Shown piece by piece: positions 39,603-51,579 of a DNA stretch of 51,808 nt. The notes below the pieces were generated by a model, which did no database searches, was not told the DNA's origin, and was given only the letters and a program-made list of their open reading frames with translations. Position 1 is the stretch's first letter; each line of letters opens with the position of its first letter. Source of the DNA: Candidatus Omnitrophota bacterium (GTDB lineage: Bacteria; Omnitrophota; Gorgyraeia; Aquiviventales; Aquiviventaceae); contig JAHFGT010000006.1 of NCBI GenBank assembly GCA_023247275.1, positions 1 through 51,808 of the forward strand. The letters are read 5' to 3'. The translations under genes were made by a program, and so were the position numbers.

Positions 39603-40733
39603 ATGCGGCTCACCATCCCGCAGCCACAGTTCCTCAAAAGTCTTCAAGCGGTGGAGCATGCGGTCAATGACCGAAGCACGTTGCCGATTTTAGGAAATGT
39701 GCTGGTAGAAACAAAGGAGCAAGAGCTGTGCTTAACAGCAACCGATTTAGATGTGGGGATTCAATGTCGGTTTCCCCTAGTTCCTCCGGTGGAACCAGGA
39801 GCGGTGGCCCTGCCGGCGAGAAAGCTCACCACGATTATTCGCGAATTAGCTAGCGAGACGGTGACGCTTGAGTCGAAGAAAAATCATACGGCGACCGTTA
39901 ATTGTGGGAATAGTAGCTTCCGGATCCCTGGGTTGCCAGCGGAAGATTTCCCTGTGTTACCAACGGTTGATTCTGAGGCGCGAGTCCTGGTACCCCAAGC
40001 CGGGCTGAAGCAGTTGGTTACGCTCACCGCGTATGCGATGTCGATGGAGGAGACGAGATTCATTCTCAATGGGGCGCTGTTGACGGTCCAGAAGAGCGAG
40101 CTGGTGATGGTGGCGACGGATGGCCGACGCTTGGCGATGGCGATGACCCCGCTGGCCGAGCCGGGAAAACACCCCATGCAGGTCGTGGTGCCGTCGAAGA
40201 CAGTCCGCGAGCTCGGGCGGTTGCTCACCAATGACGAGGGGGAAGACGTTGTTGTCGCACCGCTCAAGGGAACGTCTCAGCGGGGCGCAGGGGAAGCGGA
40301 TCAGGCGATGTTTCGATTCGGGCCAATCACCATGCTGACCCGGGTGATTGAAGGGCAGTTTCCGCAGTATGAGAAAGTCATCCCGCCGGCGGTGAAGACC
40401 GGCATGACCTGCGATCGCGCCGGACTCATGAACGCGATCCGACGAGCGAGCCTCATGACGACCGCAACCTCCCAAGCGGTCGTTTTTGAATTAAGTGAGG
40501 GGAAGCTGGTGATCTCAAAGGAATCCCCAGAGCTGGGCAGCGCGCGAGAGGAGCTGCCTGTGCGGTATGTTGGGGAGCCGACCGCCATCGCGTTTAATCC
40601 GGAGTTTTGGTTGGATGTGCTCAAGGTCCTACCGGTCGATGAGGTTGTCATCGAGATTGCCGGGCCAGATCGGCCGGCGGTCATCCGCCAGCCACGATTT
40701 CTCTACCTCGTGTTGCCGATGAAGTTGACGTAA
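39603..40733 (+). CDS. dnaN: DNA polymerase III beta clamp
   Basis: TLPILGN, ATDL, LNG, VATDGRRL, IEGQFP.Y, LVLPM. Confidence 0.97.
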   Translation: MRLTIPQPQFLKSLQAVEHAVNDRSTLPILGNVLVETKEQELCLTATDLDVGIQCRFPLVPPVEPGAVALPARKLTTIIRELASETVTLESKKNHTATVNCGNSSFRIPGLPAEDFPVLPTVDSEARVLVPQAGLKQLVTLTAYAMSMEETRFILNGALLTVQKSELVMVATDGRRLAMAMTPLAEPGKHPMQVVVPSKTVRELGRLLTNDEGEDVVVAPLKGTSQRGAGEADQAMFRFGPITMLTRVIEGQFPQYEKVIPPAVKTGMTCDRAGLMNAIRRASLMTTATSQAVVFELSEGKLVISKESPELGSAREELPVRYVGEPTAIAFNPEFWLDVLKVLPVDEVVIEIAGPDRPAVIRQPRFLYLVLPMKLT

Positions 40734-40754
40734 TTGTCGGTCCGTGGACGAAGC

Positions 40755-41052
40755 ATGGCCGGGCGAGCCGTCGAACAAATTGGGGCGGTCCTGCCGACGG
40801 TGCTGCGGCAAACGCACCAGCGACAGCAGCTCCTCGCGTTGATCCAAGACCGATGGCAGCGGATCGTTGGGAAACGGTTGGCGGCACATACCCGGCCTGC
40901 GAGCCTTCGGCGGGGGAAGCTGGTGGTCCTTGTCGATCATCCGGGAGAGACGTTTGTCCTGAGCTACCAGCGCCAACGCGTGACGGACCGTCTCAGGCGA
41001 GCGACGAAGGGTCGGGTGGAGGATGTGGTGCTGCGTCCGGGAACAGTGGTCG

Positions 41053-41069
<17 letters not shown>
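40755..41069 (+). CDS. dciA: DciA / DUF721 family protein
   Basis: W..IVG..LAAHTRP..L..GKLVV pattern; between dnaN and gyrB. Confidence 0.75.
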
Positions 41070-43694
<2,625 letters not shown>

Positions 43695-43722
43695 CGCAGC
43701 GCGGCCGGCAAGCCAGTAACCC

Positions 43723-46700
43723 ATGTACACGCTTGGCGAGAAAATTATTCTTCGGGACATCGAGACGGAGATTAAGGATTCGTATCTCTCGTATGCGATG
43801 AGCGTGATCGTCTCGCGCGCGCTGCCCGACGTGCGCGACGGGCTCAAGCCCTCGCAGCGACGGGTGCTGGTGGCGATGCATGATCTCAACCTGACGCCAG
43901 GGCATGGCTATCGCAAGTGCGCGAAGATCTGCGGTGATACCTCGGGCAACTACCATCCGCATGGGGAAGCGATCGTCTACCCAACGCTGGTGCGGCTAGC
44001 GCAGGACTTCAATACGCGGTATCCGCTCATCGACGGCCAAGGTAACTTCGGTTCGATCGATGGGGACGCCCCGGCAGCGATGAGATATTGCGTGACAGGC
44101 GACACACTTGTTGTCACAGAGCAGGGACTTGTTCCTATCAAGGATCTCGGGAAGGATGGAGCAAAAGACGTTCATATCCGGGTGCTCGCACGAGACCGAA
44201 CCATTCAGTCGGCTGTCAAATGGTTTGATAGTGGAGAGCATCCGACGCTAAAGATGACAACAGGGCGAGGCTATTCGCTGACAGGGTCGTACAACCACCC
44301 GATCTTGACATGGACAGCGAATGCTGTCGGCGGACGACCAGGGTACCGCTGGAAGCTGTTGAGCCAGCTCAGCACCGGAGATATTGCGGTGATTGACCGC
44401 ACGTCAGATCTGCTGTGGCCAAGCCGTTCTGTTCCGCTGCGTCCGTATTGGCCGGATCTCGGCGAGCGGCGCGTGGAGATGAAAGTGCTCCCAAGCGAAC
44501 TCACGGAAGATCTCGCATTCATTCTCGGGGCGCTCATCGCGGAAGGCACAATCAAGGAACACGAGCTTGAGTTTTGCAACAGCGATCCAGAATGGATGGA
44601 CGAATTTGATCGTCGATGGCAGCACACATTCCCAGACTGTCGACTCCATGCGTTCACGAAGCGGCCGAGCTCCTACGGGAAGCGACCGTACGCTACGCGC
44701 GAGATTCATTCACGGTACGTTGTGACGTTTCTGCGGAACATCGGATTGGCGCCTGTCCGATCTCAAGAGAAAACGATCCCGCCGCTGATTGCGCAGTCGC
44801 CTCGACCCGTCGTTGCAGCCTTCCTGCGAGCGTACTTTGAGGGCGATGGGACCATCACCTGCAGCTTGCCGAAGATGGTGGAGCTTTCCTGCATCTCCAC
44901 CAGCGAGACGCTGGTCAGCCAGATCCACGTGCTTCTGTTGAGGTTCGGCATCGTGTCAACCAAGCGATTCGACCGGTACCGGAAGACGCACAAGCTGTAT
45001 ATCCGGGGCCTGGAGAATTATCGTTTGTTCCATGAACAAATCGGCTTCGTCTCAGCGCGCAAGCATACCCGGCTGGCCGGAGTCATTGGCCAGTATGGGA
45101 AACAGTTTTCCACGAGCGACTTCGTGCCATTCATCAGTCGATTCATCCGCGAGCGATTGGATCGAAACCAGTCATGGAGGCAGCGGCGGGATTTTGTGCT
45201 CAAGCATAATTTCGACCGGTACCCGAATCTCCAGGTTCATTCAAAACGCGTTGTCGCAACCCTTGAGCCGGAGGTTCGCGGGACTGCCGAGGAGTTGTTT
45301 GACCATCTGCTCGACGCGCGCTACGTGTTTGATCCCATCGTCAACATCGAGAAGGCTGGCGTGGCGCGAGTCTATTCGCTCAAGGTGGATAGCTCGTGCC
45401 ATTCGTTCATCGCGAACGGATTTGTGAACCATAATACCGAAGCGCGGCTCACGCCGATTGCGGTGGAGATCCTGCAAGACCTGGATAAGGATACCGTGGA
45501 CTGGCAACCGAATTATGACGCGACACGCACCGAGCCCAGGGTCTTGCCAGGCAAATTTCCGGATCTGATTTGCAACGGCTCGTCGGGGATTGCGGTGGGG
45601 ATGGCGACCAACATGCCGCCGCACAACTTGACCGAAGTGGCCGAGGCGATCTGCGCCTTGATCGACGATCCGAAGATCGAGCTGCCGGCGCTGATGAAAT
45701 GCGTCAAGGGGCCAGACTTTCCGACCGGAGCGATTATCTGCGGCCGACAAGGAATCAAGGACGCCTATGCGACCGGCCGGGGGTCGCTGCGCATTCGCGC
45801 GAAGGCGCAGGTCGAGCAGCTCAAAGGGAATCGCCAGGCGATCGTGATCACCGAGTTGCCGTATCAATCGAATAAAGCGCTCCTGTTGGAGAGCATCGCC
45901 AGGCTGATTCAGGAGAAACAGCTTGAAGGGATCTCGGATCTGCGCGACGAGTCGGACAAGGACGGCATGCGGATCGTGATCGAGCTGAAACGGGATTCGA
46001 ACGACCAGGTGGTCTTGAATCAACTGTATAAGCACACGCAACTCGAAACCACCTTTGGCGTCATCATGCTGGCACTCGTCGATGGCCGGCCGCGCGTGCT
46101 GGGGGTGAAGCAGCTGCTGCAGACGTTCATCGATCACCGCCGAGAGGTCATCACGCGGCGGACCACATTCGAGCTGGCCCGAGCGCAAGAGCGGGCGCAT
46201 ATTCTCGAAGGGTTGAAGATTGCGATCGCGAATCTTGACGCGGTCATCAAAATCATTCGGCAGTCCAAGAGCCCGGCCGACGCCAAAGACGCGCTCATGA
46301 AGCGGTTCGAACTGAGCGACCGACAGGCGCAGGCGATCCTGGAAATGCAGCTGCAGCGGCTGACCGCGCTGGAGCGCGATAAACTCGAGGCAGAGTACAA
46401 AGAGCTGCTGAAGAAGATCGAGTACTACCACATGCTGTTGAAAAGCGAGCGAAAAATCCTCGAACTCATCAAGGATGAGCAGGAGGATCTGAAGAAACGG
46501 TTCGGCGATGAGCGCCGGACGCAGATCGTCGGCGAGATCGAAGATCTGCAGATCGAAGATCTGATCGCCGACGAGGATGTAGTGATCACCATCAGTCACG
46601 CCGGTTACATCAAGCGGCTGCCGGTGTCGACCTACCGCAAGCAGCGACGGGGCGGGGTCGGCGTGACGGCGATGGAAACGCGCGAAGAAGATTTTGTCGA

Positions 46701-47565
46701 GCATCTCTTCGTCGCCTCCACGCACCAGACGCTGCTGTTCTTCACCAATCAGGGGCGCTGCTACTGGTTGAAAGTGCACGAAGTGCCGCAGGCCAGCCGG
46801 TATGCCCGCGGGACGGCGATCATCAACCTGATCTCGCTCCAACAAGGGGAGAAGCTGTCGACCTTTGTGGCGGTGCGCGAGTTCGACGACCAGTCGTTTC
46901 TCTTGATGGCCACCAAGCAAGGCACGATCAAGAAGACGAAGCTGGACGCGTACGCGAACCCGCGCAAAGCCGGGATCATCGCGATCACGCTGGACGCGGG
47001 CGACGAGCTGATCGAGGCGGAGCTGACCGATGGCAAGCGCGAGCTATTGCTGTTGACCCGCAAGGGCAAGGCGATTCGATGTTCCGAAGAGGAGGCGCGC
47101 GAGGTCGGCCGCTCGGCCCGCGGCGTGCGAGGGATCCGGCTGGATAAGGGCGACGAGGTCATCGCGATGGTGCTCGGCACTGCCAGGGCCGAGCTGTTGA
47201 CCGTCACACAGCTGGGGTTTGGCAAGCGTTCGCCGATCGAGGAGTATCGCATCCAGAGCCGCGGGGGCAAGGGGATCATCAACATCAAAGTCACGCCCAA
47301 AAATGGCGCGGTCGTTGGAGCCAAAGTCATGCAGGATCAAGATGAAATGATGCTGATTACGCACGAAGGGATGATGGTCCGCTGTTCGGTGAAGGATGTG
47401 CGCTCGACCGGCCGCGCGACCCAGGGGGTGCGACTGATCAATATTAAGGGCAAGGACCGCGTTGCATCCGTTGCCCGCATTGTGCTCAAGGATGAAGAGG
47501 AACCGGAGAGCGGGCCGTCAGACGCTGAGCACTCGAGCGCGAAGAAGGAAACACCTGCAACCTAG
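43723..47565 (+). CDS. gyrA: DNA gyrase subunit A containing an intein
   Basis: RALPDVRDGLKP, YHPHG, AAMRY|intein|TEARL, GyrA-box QRRGGVG, C-terminal pinwheel repeats. Confidence 0.98.
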   Translation: MYTLGEKIILRDIETEIKDSYLSYAMSVIVSRALPDVRDGLKPSQRRVLVAMHDLNLTPGHGYRKCAKICGDTSGNYHPHGEAIVYPTLVRLAQDFNTRYPLIDGQGNFGSIDGDAPAAMRYCVTGDTLVVTEQGLVPIKDLGKDGAKDVHIRVLARDRTIQSAVKWFDSGEHPTLKMTTGRGYSLTGSYNHPILTWTANAVGGRPGYRWKLLSQLSTGDIAVIDRTSDLLWPSRSVPLRPYWPDLGERRVEMKVLPSELTEDLAFILGALIAEGTIKEHELEFCNSDPEWMDEFDRRWQHTFPDCRLHAFTKRPSSYGKRPYATREIHSRYVVTFLRNIGLAPVRSQEKTIPPLIAQSPRPVVAAFLRAYFEGDGTITCSLPKMVELSCISTSETLVSQIHVLLLRFGIVSTKRFDRYRKTHKLYIRGLENYRLFHEQIGFVSARKHTRLAGVIGQYGKQFSTSDFVPFISRFIRERLDRNQSWRQRRDFVLKHNFDRYPNLQVHSKRVVATLEPEVRGTAEELFDHLLDARYVFDPIVNIEKAGVARVYSLKVDSSCHSFIANGFVNHNTEARLTPIAVEILQDLDKDTVDWQPNYDATRTEPRVLPGKFPDLICNGSSGIAVGMATNMPPHNLTEVAEAICALIDDPKIELPALMKCVKGPDFPTGAIICGRQGIKDAYATGRGSLRIRAKAQVEQLKGNRQAIVITELPYQSNKALLLESIARLIQEKQLEGISDLRDESDKDGMRIVIELKRDSNDQVVLNQLYKHTQLETTFGVIMLALVDGRPRVLGVKQLLQTFIDHRREVITRRTTFELARAQERAHILEGLKIAIANLDAVIKIIRQSKSPADAKDALMKRFELSDRQAQAILEMQLQRLTALERDKLEAEYKELLKKIEYYHMLLKSERKILELIKDEQEDLKKRFGDERRTQIVGEIEDLQIEDLIADEDVVITISHAGYIKRLPVSTYRKQRRGGVGVTAMETREEDFVEHLFVASTHQTLLFFTNQGRCYWLKVHEVPQASRYARGTAIINLISLQQGEKLSTFVAVREFDDQSFLLMATKQGTIKKTKLDAYANPRKAGIIAITLDAGDELIEAELTDGKRELLLLTRKGKAIRCSEEEAREVGRSARGVRGIRLDKGDEVIAMVLGTARAELLTVTQLGFGKRSPIEEYRIQSRGGKGIINIKVTPKNGAVVGAKVMQDQDEMMLITHEGMMVRCSVKDVRSTGRATQGVRLINIKGKDRVASVARIVLKDEEEPESGPSDAEHSSAKKETPAT
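44089..45435 (+). mobile_element. 449-aa intein with LAGLIDADG homing endonuclease
   Basis: Starts CVTGDT, block B GSYNHP, LGALIAEG and LRAYFEGDG motifs, ends FVNHN followed by Thr. Confidence 0.96.
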
Positions 47566-47575
47566 TACGCAGCTT

Positions 47576-47647
47576 GTCCCCATCGTCCAACGGTTAGGAC
47601 ACCAGCCTTTCGAGCTGATAATGGGGGTTCGATTCCCCCTGGGGACA
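47576..47647 (+). tRNA. tRNA-Glu(TTC)
   Basis: gtcccca...tggggac acceptor stem; anticodon loop ctTTCga; GGTTCGATT T-loop. Confidence 0.92.
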
Positions 47648-47813
47648 GGGTTTTTTCGCTCGCCAGGGGGAATCGAAGGGAGCCGCGAGCTTTCCACGGC
47701 GACGCGACCTATGGGAGCGGCGCCCTTCCTCGCGAGCGGCGGGTGGCCGACCGGAGCGAGGCCCGCGCAGCGGGGCGAGCGGAGGCGCCGATTCCCCCTG
47801 GGGACAGGGTTTT
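47630..47813. repeat. 25-bp direct repeat of the tRNA-Glu 3' end with an internal antisense T-arm copy
   Basis: cgattccccctggggacagggtttt at 47630-47654 and 47789-47813; ccagggggaatcgaa (47663-47677) is the reverse complement of 47628-47642. Confidence 0.9.
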
Positions 47814-47832
47814 CCACCGACGGGAAATAGCT

Positions 47833-48912
47833 GTGGAAACGTTTTGGCTCGTCGGCGGCAAACTTGTCGCGCCTTCAGGGATCGTGGAGGGCGCGGTACA
47901 GATTGTTGAAGGGCGGATCGCTTCGGTCAGATTGAAGGCGACTCGGAGCGGACGGCGGATCAGTGTGCGTGGCCAGTATGTGACGCCAGGGTTTATCGAT
48001 CTGCATGTCTGGGGACCCCCTGCTCGTGTGGCGCAGGAATGTGTCCGAGCTGGCACCACCGCGTTCTTGACCGCCCTCGGGCCAGAGGCGCCGGCGCAGC
48101 TACTGGTCGATGTCGCTGAGCGAAGCCGGCCTCCTCGCGGGGGGGCGCGGTGCTTAGGCGTGCATCTTGAAGGGCCGTTTCTCAACCCGGTTCGCGGCGG
48201 GGTGCTGCCGAGGCGATGGATGCGGGCCCCGACGATTCGCGAACTCGCCGCATTGTCACGAGCGGCTGGTGGGCGGATCCGGCTGATCACGCTCGCGCCA
48301 GAGTTGTCCGGCGCCTCATCGGCGATCGCTTGGTGTCGGCGACACCGGATTGTTGTGTCGCTGGGGCACAGCGATGCGGACGCGCGAATCGCGGAGCAAG
48401 CGGTTCGTGCCGGCGCGCGGGCGGTGACCCATCTGTTCAATGGCATGCGGCCGTTCCATCATCGACAGCTCGGGTTGGTCGGGGTCGGGCTGACCGAGCC
48501 TCGGCTGACCGCGATGGTCATTGCGGATGGAGCGCATGTGAGCCCAGGCGCATTGTGGCTGGCGTCCCGCAGCAAAGGGGCGGGAGGGATCGCGCTGGTA
48601 ACCGATTCGGTTCGGTCTCAGCGCCAGGCATGGAAGTTGCACCGACGAGCAGGCGCCTATCACACGCGCGAAGGCACCCTCGCCGGCAGCCGCCTTACGA
48701 TGATTGATGCGGTGCGCAACATGGTGGAGTGTGGAGGAGCCTCGCTGGTTGAGGCCGTGACGATGGCCACCGAGACCCCCGCACGGCTGTTAGGGCTGCG
48801 GGCCCGCCTTGGTGGGTTGCGCGTGGGCGCTGCGGCAGACGTGGCGGTATTTGACCGGACATTCTGCGCGACGTTGACTCTTGTCGACGGACACATCGCG
48901 CATCAGCGGTAG
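47833..48912 (+). CDS. nagA: N-acetylglucosamine-6-phosphate deacetylase
   Basis: PGFIDLH, HLEGPF, TLAPE, GHS, THLFNGM, DGAH, LAGS; start probably GTG 47833. Confidence 0.9.
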   Translation: METFWLVGGKLVAPSGIVEGAVQIVEGRIASVRLKATRSGRRISVRGQYVTPGFIDLHVWGPPARVAQECVRAGTTAFLTALGPEAPAQLLVDVAERSRPPRGGARCLGVHLEGPFLNPVRGGVLPRRWMRAPTIRELAALSRAAGGRIRLITLAPELSGASSAIAWCRRHRIVVSLGHSDADARIAEQAVRAGARAVTHLFNGMRPFHHRQLGLVGVGLTEPRLTAMVIADGAHVSPGALWLASRSKGAGGIALVTDSVRSQRQAWKLHRRAGAYHTREGTLAGSRLTMIDAVRNMVECGGASLVEAVTMATETPARLLGLRARLGGLRVGAAADVAVFDRTFCATLTLVDGHIAHQR

Positions 48913-48921
48913 GAGCACGGC

Positions 48922-50760
48922 ATGTGCGGGATTGTCGGGTATGTCGGCCGTCGGCAGGTGGCCGAGGTCCTGCTCGAGTCGTTGAGGTGCCTGGAGTATC
49001 GGGGCTACGATTCTGCCGGAATGGCGGTGATCAACAGCAAGGGCGTCGAGGTCCACAAGCGCGTCGGTAAACTCAACGCGCTGGCGGACGCGATCAAGCG
49101 CCACCCGATCATCGGGCATGTGGGCGTTGGTCACACGCGGTGGGCCACCCATGGCGAGCCGACCGAACTCAACGCGCATCCGCACACCGACTGCACGGGC
49201 GACCTGGCGATTGTGCACAACGGGATCATCGAGAACTACGCAGAGTTGAAGGAGCGGCTCGTAGGGCGGGGGCATACGTTTAAGTCGCAAACCGATACCG
49301 AAGTGATCGCGCATCTGATCGAAGAGCGGCTCAAGCGGCATCCGATGGGCGAGGCGTTTCGGTTGGCGCTGAAAGAGCTGCGCGGGTCGTACGCGGTCTG
49401 CCTGCTGTCAGCGCATGAGCCGCGGCGGCTGTTCGGTGCGCGCAGCGGCAGCCCGCTCATCGTGGGCGTCGGCAAAGGCGAAGCGTTCTTTGCCAGCGAT
49501 GTGCCGGCGGTCTTGGCCCGGACCCGTCGAGTGCTGTATCTGAATGACGAAGAGGTGGTCGTGCTCTCCGCCGAAGGCCCGAAGGTGATGACCTTAGAGG
49601 GACAAGCGGTGACGCGTCGCCCGTCGACCGTGAACTGGAACATTGCCGCGGCCCGCAAGGGCGGGTTCGCCCATTTTATGCTCAAGGAGATCCACGAGCA
49701 GCCGCGCACCGTTGAGCAGACGTTGTTCAACCGCCTCAGCGTCGAGCGGAGACAGATTGCGTTCGACCGGCACACCCAAACCTTCCTCAACCGCCTCAGC
49801 GTCCAGGAAAAGCTGGTGATCATCGCGTGCGGCACCGCGTACCACGCTGGGCTGGTGGGCCAGTACATGCTCGAAGAGTTCGCCCGCCTGCCGGTCGACG
49901 TAGACCTGGCGAGCGAATTCCGCTACCGCGGCCCGATGCTGGATAAGCACACGACGGTGCTGGCCATTACGCAATCCGGCGAGACGGCGGATACGCTGGC
50001 CGGAATCCGATTAGCCAAGGAACAAGGCGCAAAGGTCCTTGCCATTTGTAACGTGGTGGGCTCGTCGATCGCGCGCGAGGCGGACGCGGTGCTGTACACA
50101 CATGCCGGACCAGAGATCGCGGTGGCCTCGACAAAGGCGTACACCGCGCAACTGACGGCGCTGGCGCTGTTGACGCTGTATTTAGCGAAGCGGCGGCGCG
50201 GGGTTGGGCCGGCGCGGTGGCGTGAGCTGGTCGAGGAGCTGGCTCGGCTGCCCCAGATTATTGAACAAACGCTTAGAATCGAGCCGGCCGTCAAACTGGT
50301 CGCTGAGCAATACGCCTCGCCGAGGAATTTCTACTTTCTCGGGCGGCGATATAATTTTCCCAGCGCGCTGGAAGGCGCGTTGAAGCTCAAGGAAGTGTGC
50401 CCGCTCATTCATGCCGAGGGGTATGCGGCCGGCGAGATGAAGCATGGGCCGATCTCGCTGATCCACAACGGGTGGCCGATCGTGTTCGTCGCGACGCACT
50501 CCCCGGTCTATGACAAGATCATTTCGAACATCGAAGAAGTGCGAGCCCGGAAAGGGGAGTGCGTCGTCATCGCCTCGGATGGCGATGCGCGCATCAAACG
50601 GTACGCCGACAGCCTGCTGACCGTCCCACAGACCAGCGAGTTCCTCTCGCCGATTGTGGTCGCGATCCCGCTGCAATTGTTCGCCTACTACGTCGCCGGC
50701 GCGAACGGCTGCGATATCGATCAGCCGCCCAATCTGGCGAAGAGCGTGACGGTGGAATAA
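48922..50760 (+). CDS. glmS: Glutamine-fructose-6-phosphate aminotransferase
   Basis: MCGIVG, LEYRGYDSAG, GHTRWATHG, QSGETADT, EMKHGP, NLAKSVTVE. Confidence 0.98.
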   Translation: MCGIVGYVGRRQVAEVLLESLRCLEYRGYDSAGMAVINSKGVEVHKRVGKLNALADAIKRHPIIGHVGVGHTRWATHGEPTELNAHPHTDCTGDLAIVHNGIIENYAELKERLVGRGHTFKSQTDTEVIAHLIEERLKRHPMGEAFRLALKELRGSYAVCLLSAHEPRRLFGARSGSPLIVGVGKGEAFFASDVPAVLARTRRVLYLNDEEVVVLSAEGPKVMTLEGQAVTRRPSTVNWNIAAARKGGFAHFMLKEIHEQPRTVEQTLFNRLSVERRQIAFDRHTQTFLNRLSVQEKLVIIACGTAYHAGLVGQYMLEEFARLPVDVDLASEFRYRGPMLDKHTTVLAITQSGETADTLAGIRLAKEQGAKVLAICNVVGSSIAREADAVLYTHAGPEIAVASTKAYTAQLTALALLTLYLAKRRRGVGPARWRELVEELARLPQIIEQTLRIEPAVKLVAEQYASPRNFYFLGRRYNFPSALEGALKLKEVCPLIHAEGYAAGEMKHGPISLIHNGWPIVFVATHSPVYDKIISNIEEVRARKGECVVIASDGDARIKRYADSLLTVPQTSEFLSPIVVAIPLQLFAYYVAGANGCDIDQPPNLAKSVTVE

Positions 50761-50780
50761 TAGATATTCGTCCAACTTTC

Positions 50781-50816
50781 TGTATGTTGACTAACATAGA
50801 TACTTCGTGTTAAACT
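50781..50816 (+). promoter_or_regulatory. TA promoter with a palindromic operator
   Basis: TTGACT-18-TAAACT; inverted repeat tatgtt-gact-aacata overlaps the -35. Confidence 0.55.
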
Positions 50817-50838
50817 TGTTGATACCAAGGGAGATCCG

Positions 50839-51087
50839 ATGACGATTATCAAGACATTAGCCAAAGGGCAGGTCGTCATCCCAAAGGCGATCCGCCAGCG
50901 GCTCGGCATCAAACCGGGCAGCCGGCTCCTGATCCAACTCAAGGGCGAAGGGGTGGTGCTCAAGCCGCTCCCCGACGATCCCATTCACGCGCTCCATGGA
51001 GTGCTCAAGCAGGGAGGGCCCTCGACCGGGGAGCTGCTGAAATGGCGTCGAGAGGAGCGGGCACGTGAATCGCGCGATCGTGCTTGA
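50839..51087 (+). CDS. AbrB/MazE/SpoVT-family antitoxin (VapB-like)
   Basis: KGQVVIPKAIRQRLGIKPG; AAGGGAG RBS. Confidence 0.92.
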   Translation: MTIIKTLAKGQVVIPKAIRQRLGIKPGSRLLIQLKGEGVVLKPLPDDPIHALHGVLKQGGPSTGELLKWRREERARESRDRA

Positions 51088-51466
51088 TACGTTCGCGCTC
51101 GTGCGATTCTTCAAAAAAGAGCAGGGCTCCGAGCGCGTGAAAGCGTTGCTGATCACGGCGACCCGCGGCAAGACCCCCGTACTGATGAGCGAAATCAGCG
51201 CGGGGGAGCTGTACTATATTGTGGCGCGCAAGCTGGGCGCAGAGCGTGCTGAGGAAATCGTGGCGAGTCTCTCTGCCATCCCCATCACACTGCTGCCCAC
51301 GACGTGGGAATTGACGCTGGCCGCCGCGAGGCTCAAAGCGCAATGGCGCTTGTCCTACGCGGATTGTTTTACGCTTGCCAGCGCCCTCGAGCAACACGCT
51401 GCGGTGGTGACCGGAGACCCGGAATTTCAGCAGGTGAAACATCTGCTCCCCATCGAGTGGGTCTGA
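51065..51466 (+). CDS. vapC: PIN-domain VapC toxin
   Basis: VLDT, E in SAGELYY, LSYADC, VVTGD.EF. Confidence 0.92.
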   Translation: MNRAIVLDTFALVRFFKKEQGSERVKALLITATRGKTPVLMSEISAGELYYIVARKLGAERAEEIVASLSAIPITLLPTTWELTLAAARLKAQWRLSYADCFTLASALEQHAAVVTGDPEFQQVKHLLPIEWV

Positions 51467-51579
51467 TGGGATGCGTCGTCTCCATTCCACGGCAGCGGTT
51501 CGCCGACTACGTCGCCGGCGCCAACGGCTGCGATATCGATCAGCTGCTCAATCTGGCGAAGAGCGTGACGGTTGAATAA
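51466..51579 (+). pseudogene. Degenerate second copy of the glmS C-terminus, open as a 37-aa ORF
   Basis: MGCVVSIPRQRFADYVAGANGCDIDQLLNLAKSVTVE versus GlmS IVVAIPLQLFAYYVAGANGCDIDQPPNLAKSVTVE; ATG overlaps the vapC stop (TGATG). Confidence 0.75.

Larger units (their letters stand above)
50679..51579. mobile_element. TA islet bounded by 82-bp direct repeats of the glmS 3' end
   Basis: 50679-50760 and 51498-51579 match at 77/82; no integrase or transposase inside. Confidence 0.75.

Noticed and set aside
45241-46920. 559-aa antisense ORF, and similar ones such as 27289-28599 and 38172-39098
   Set aside because: Shadows of conserved GC-rich genes on the opposite strand, with no motifs
47654-47789. 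Prophage or integrative element at tRNA-Glu
   Set aside because: Only 134 bp lie between the repeats and there is no integrase; reported as a repeat cassette instead
47743-47832. Extended NagA N-terminus
   Set aside because: It runs through the tRNA-derived repeat; GTG 47833 fits the family start better
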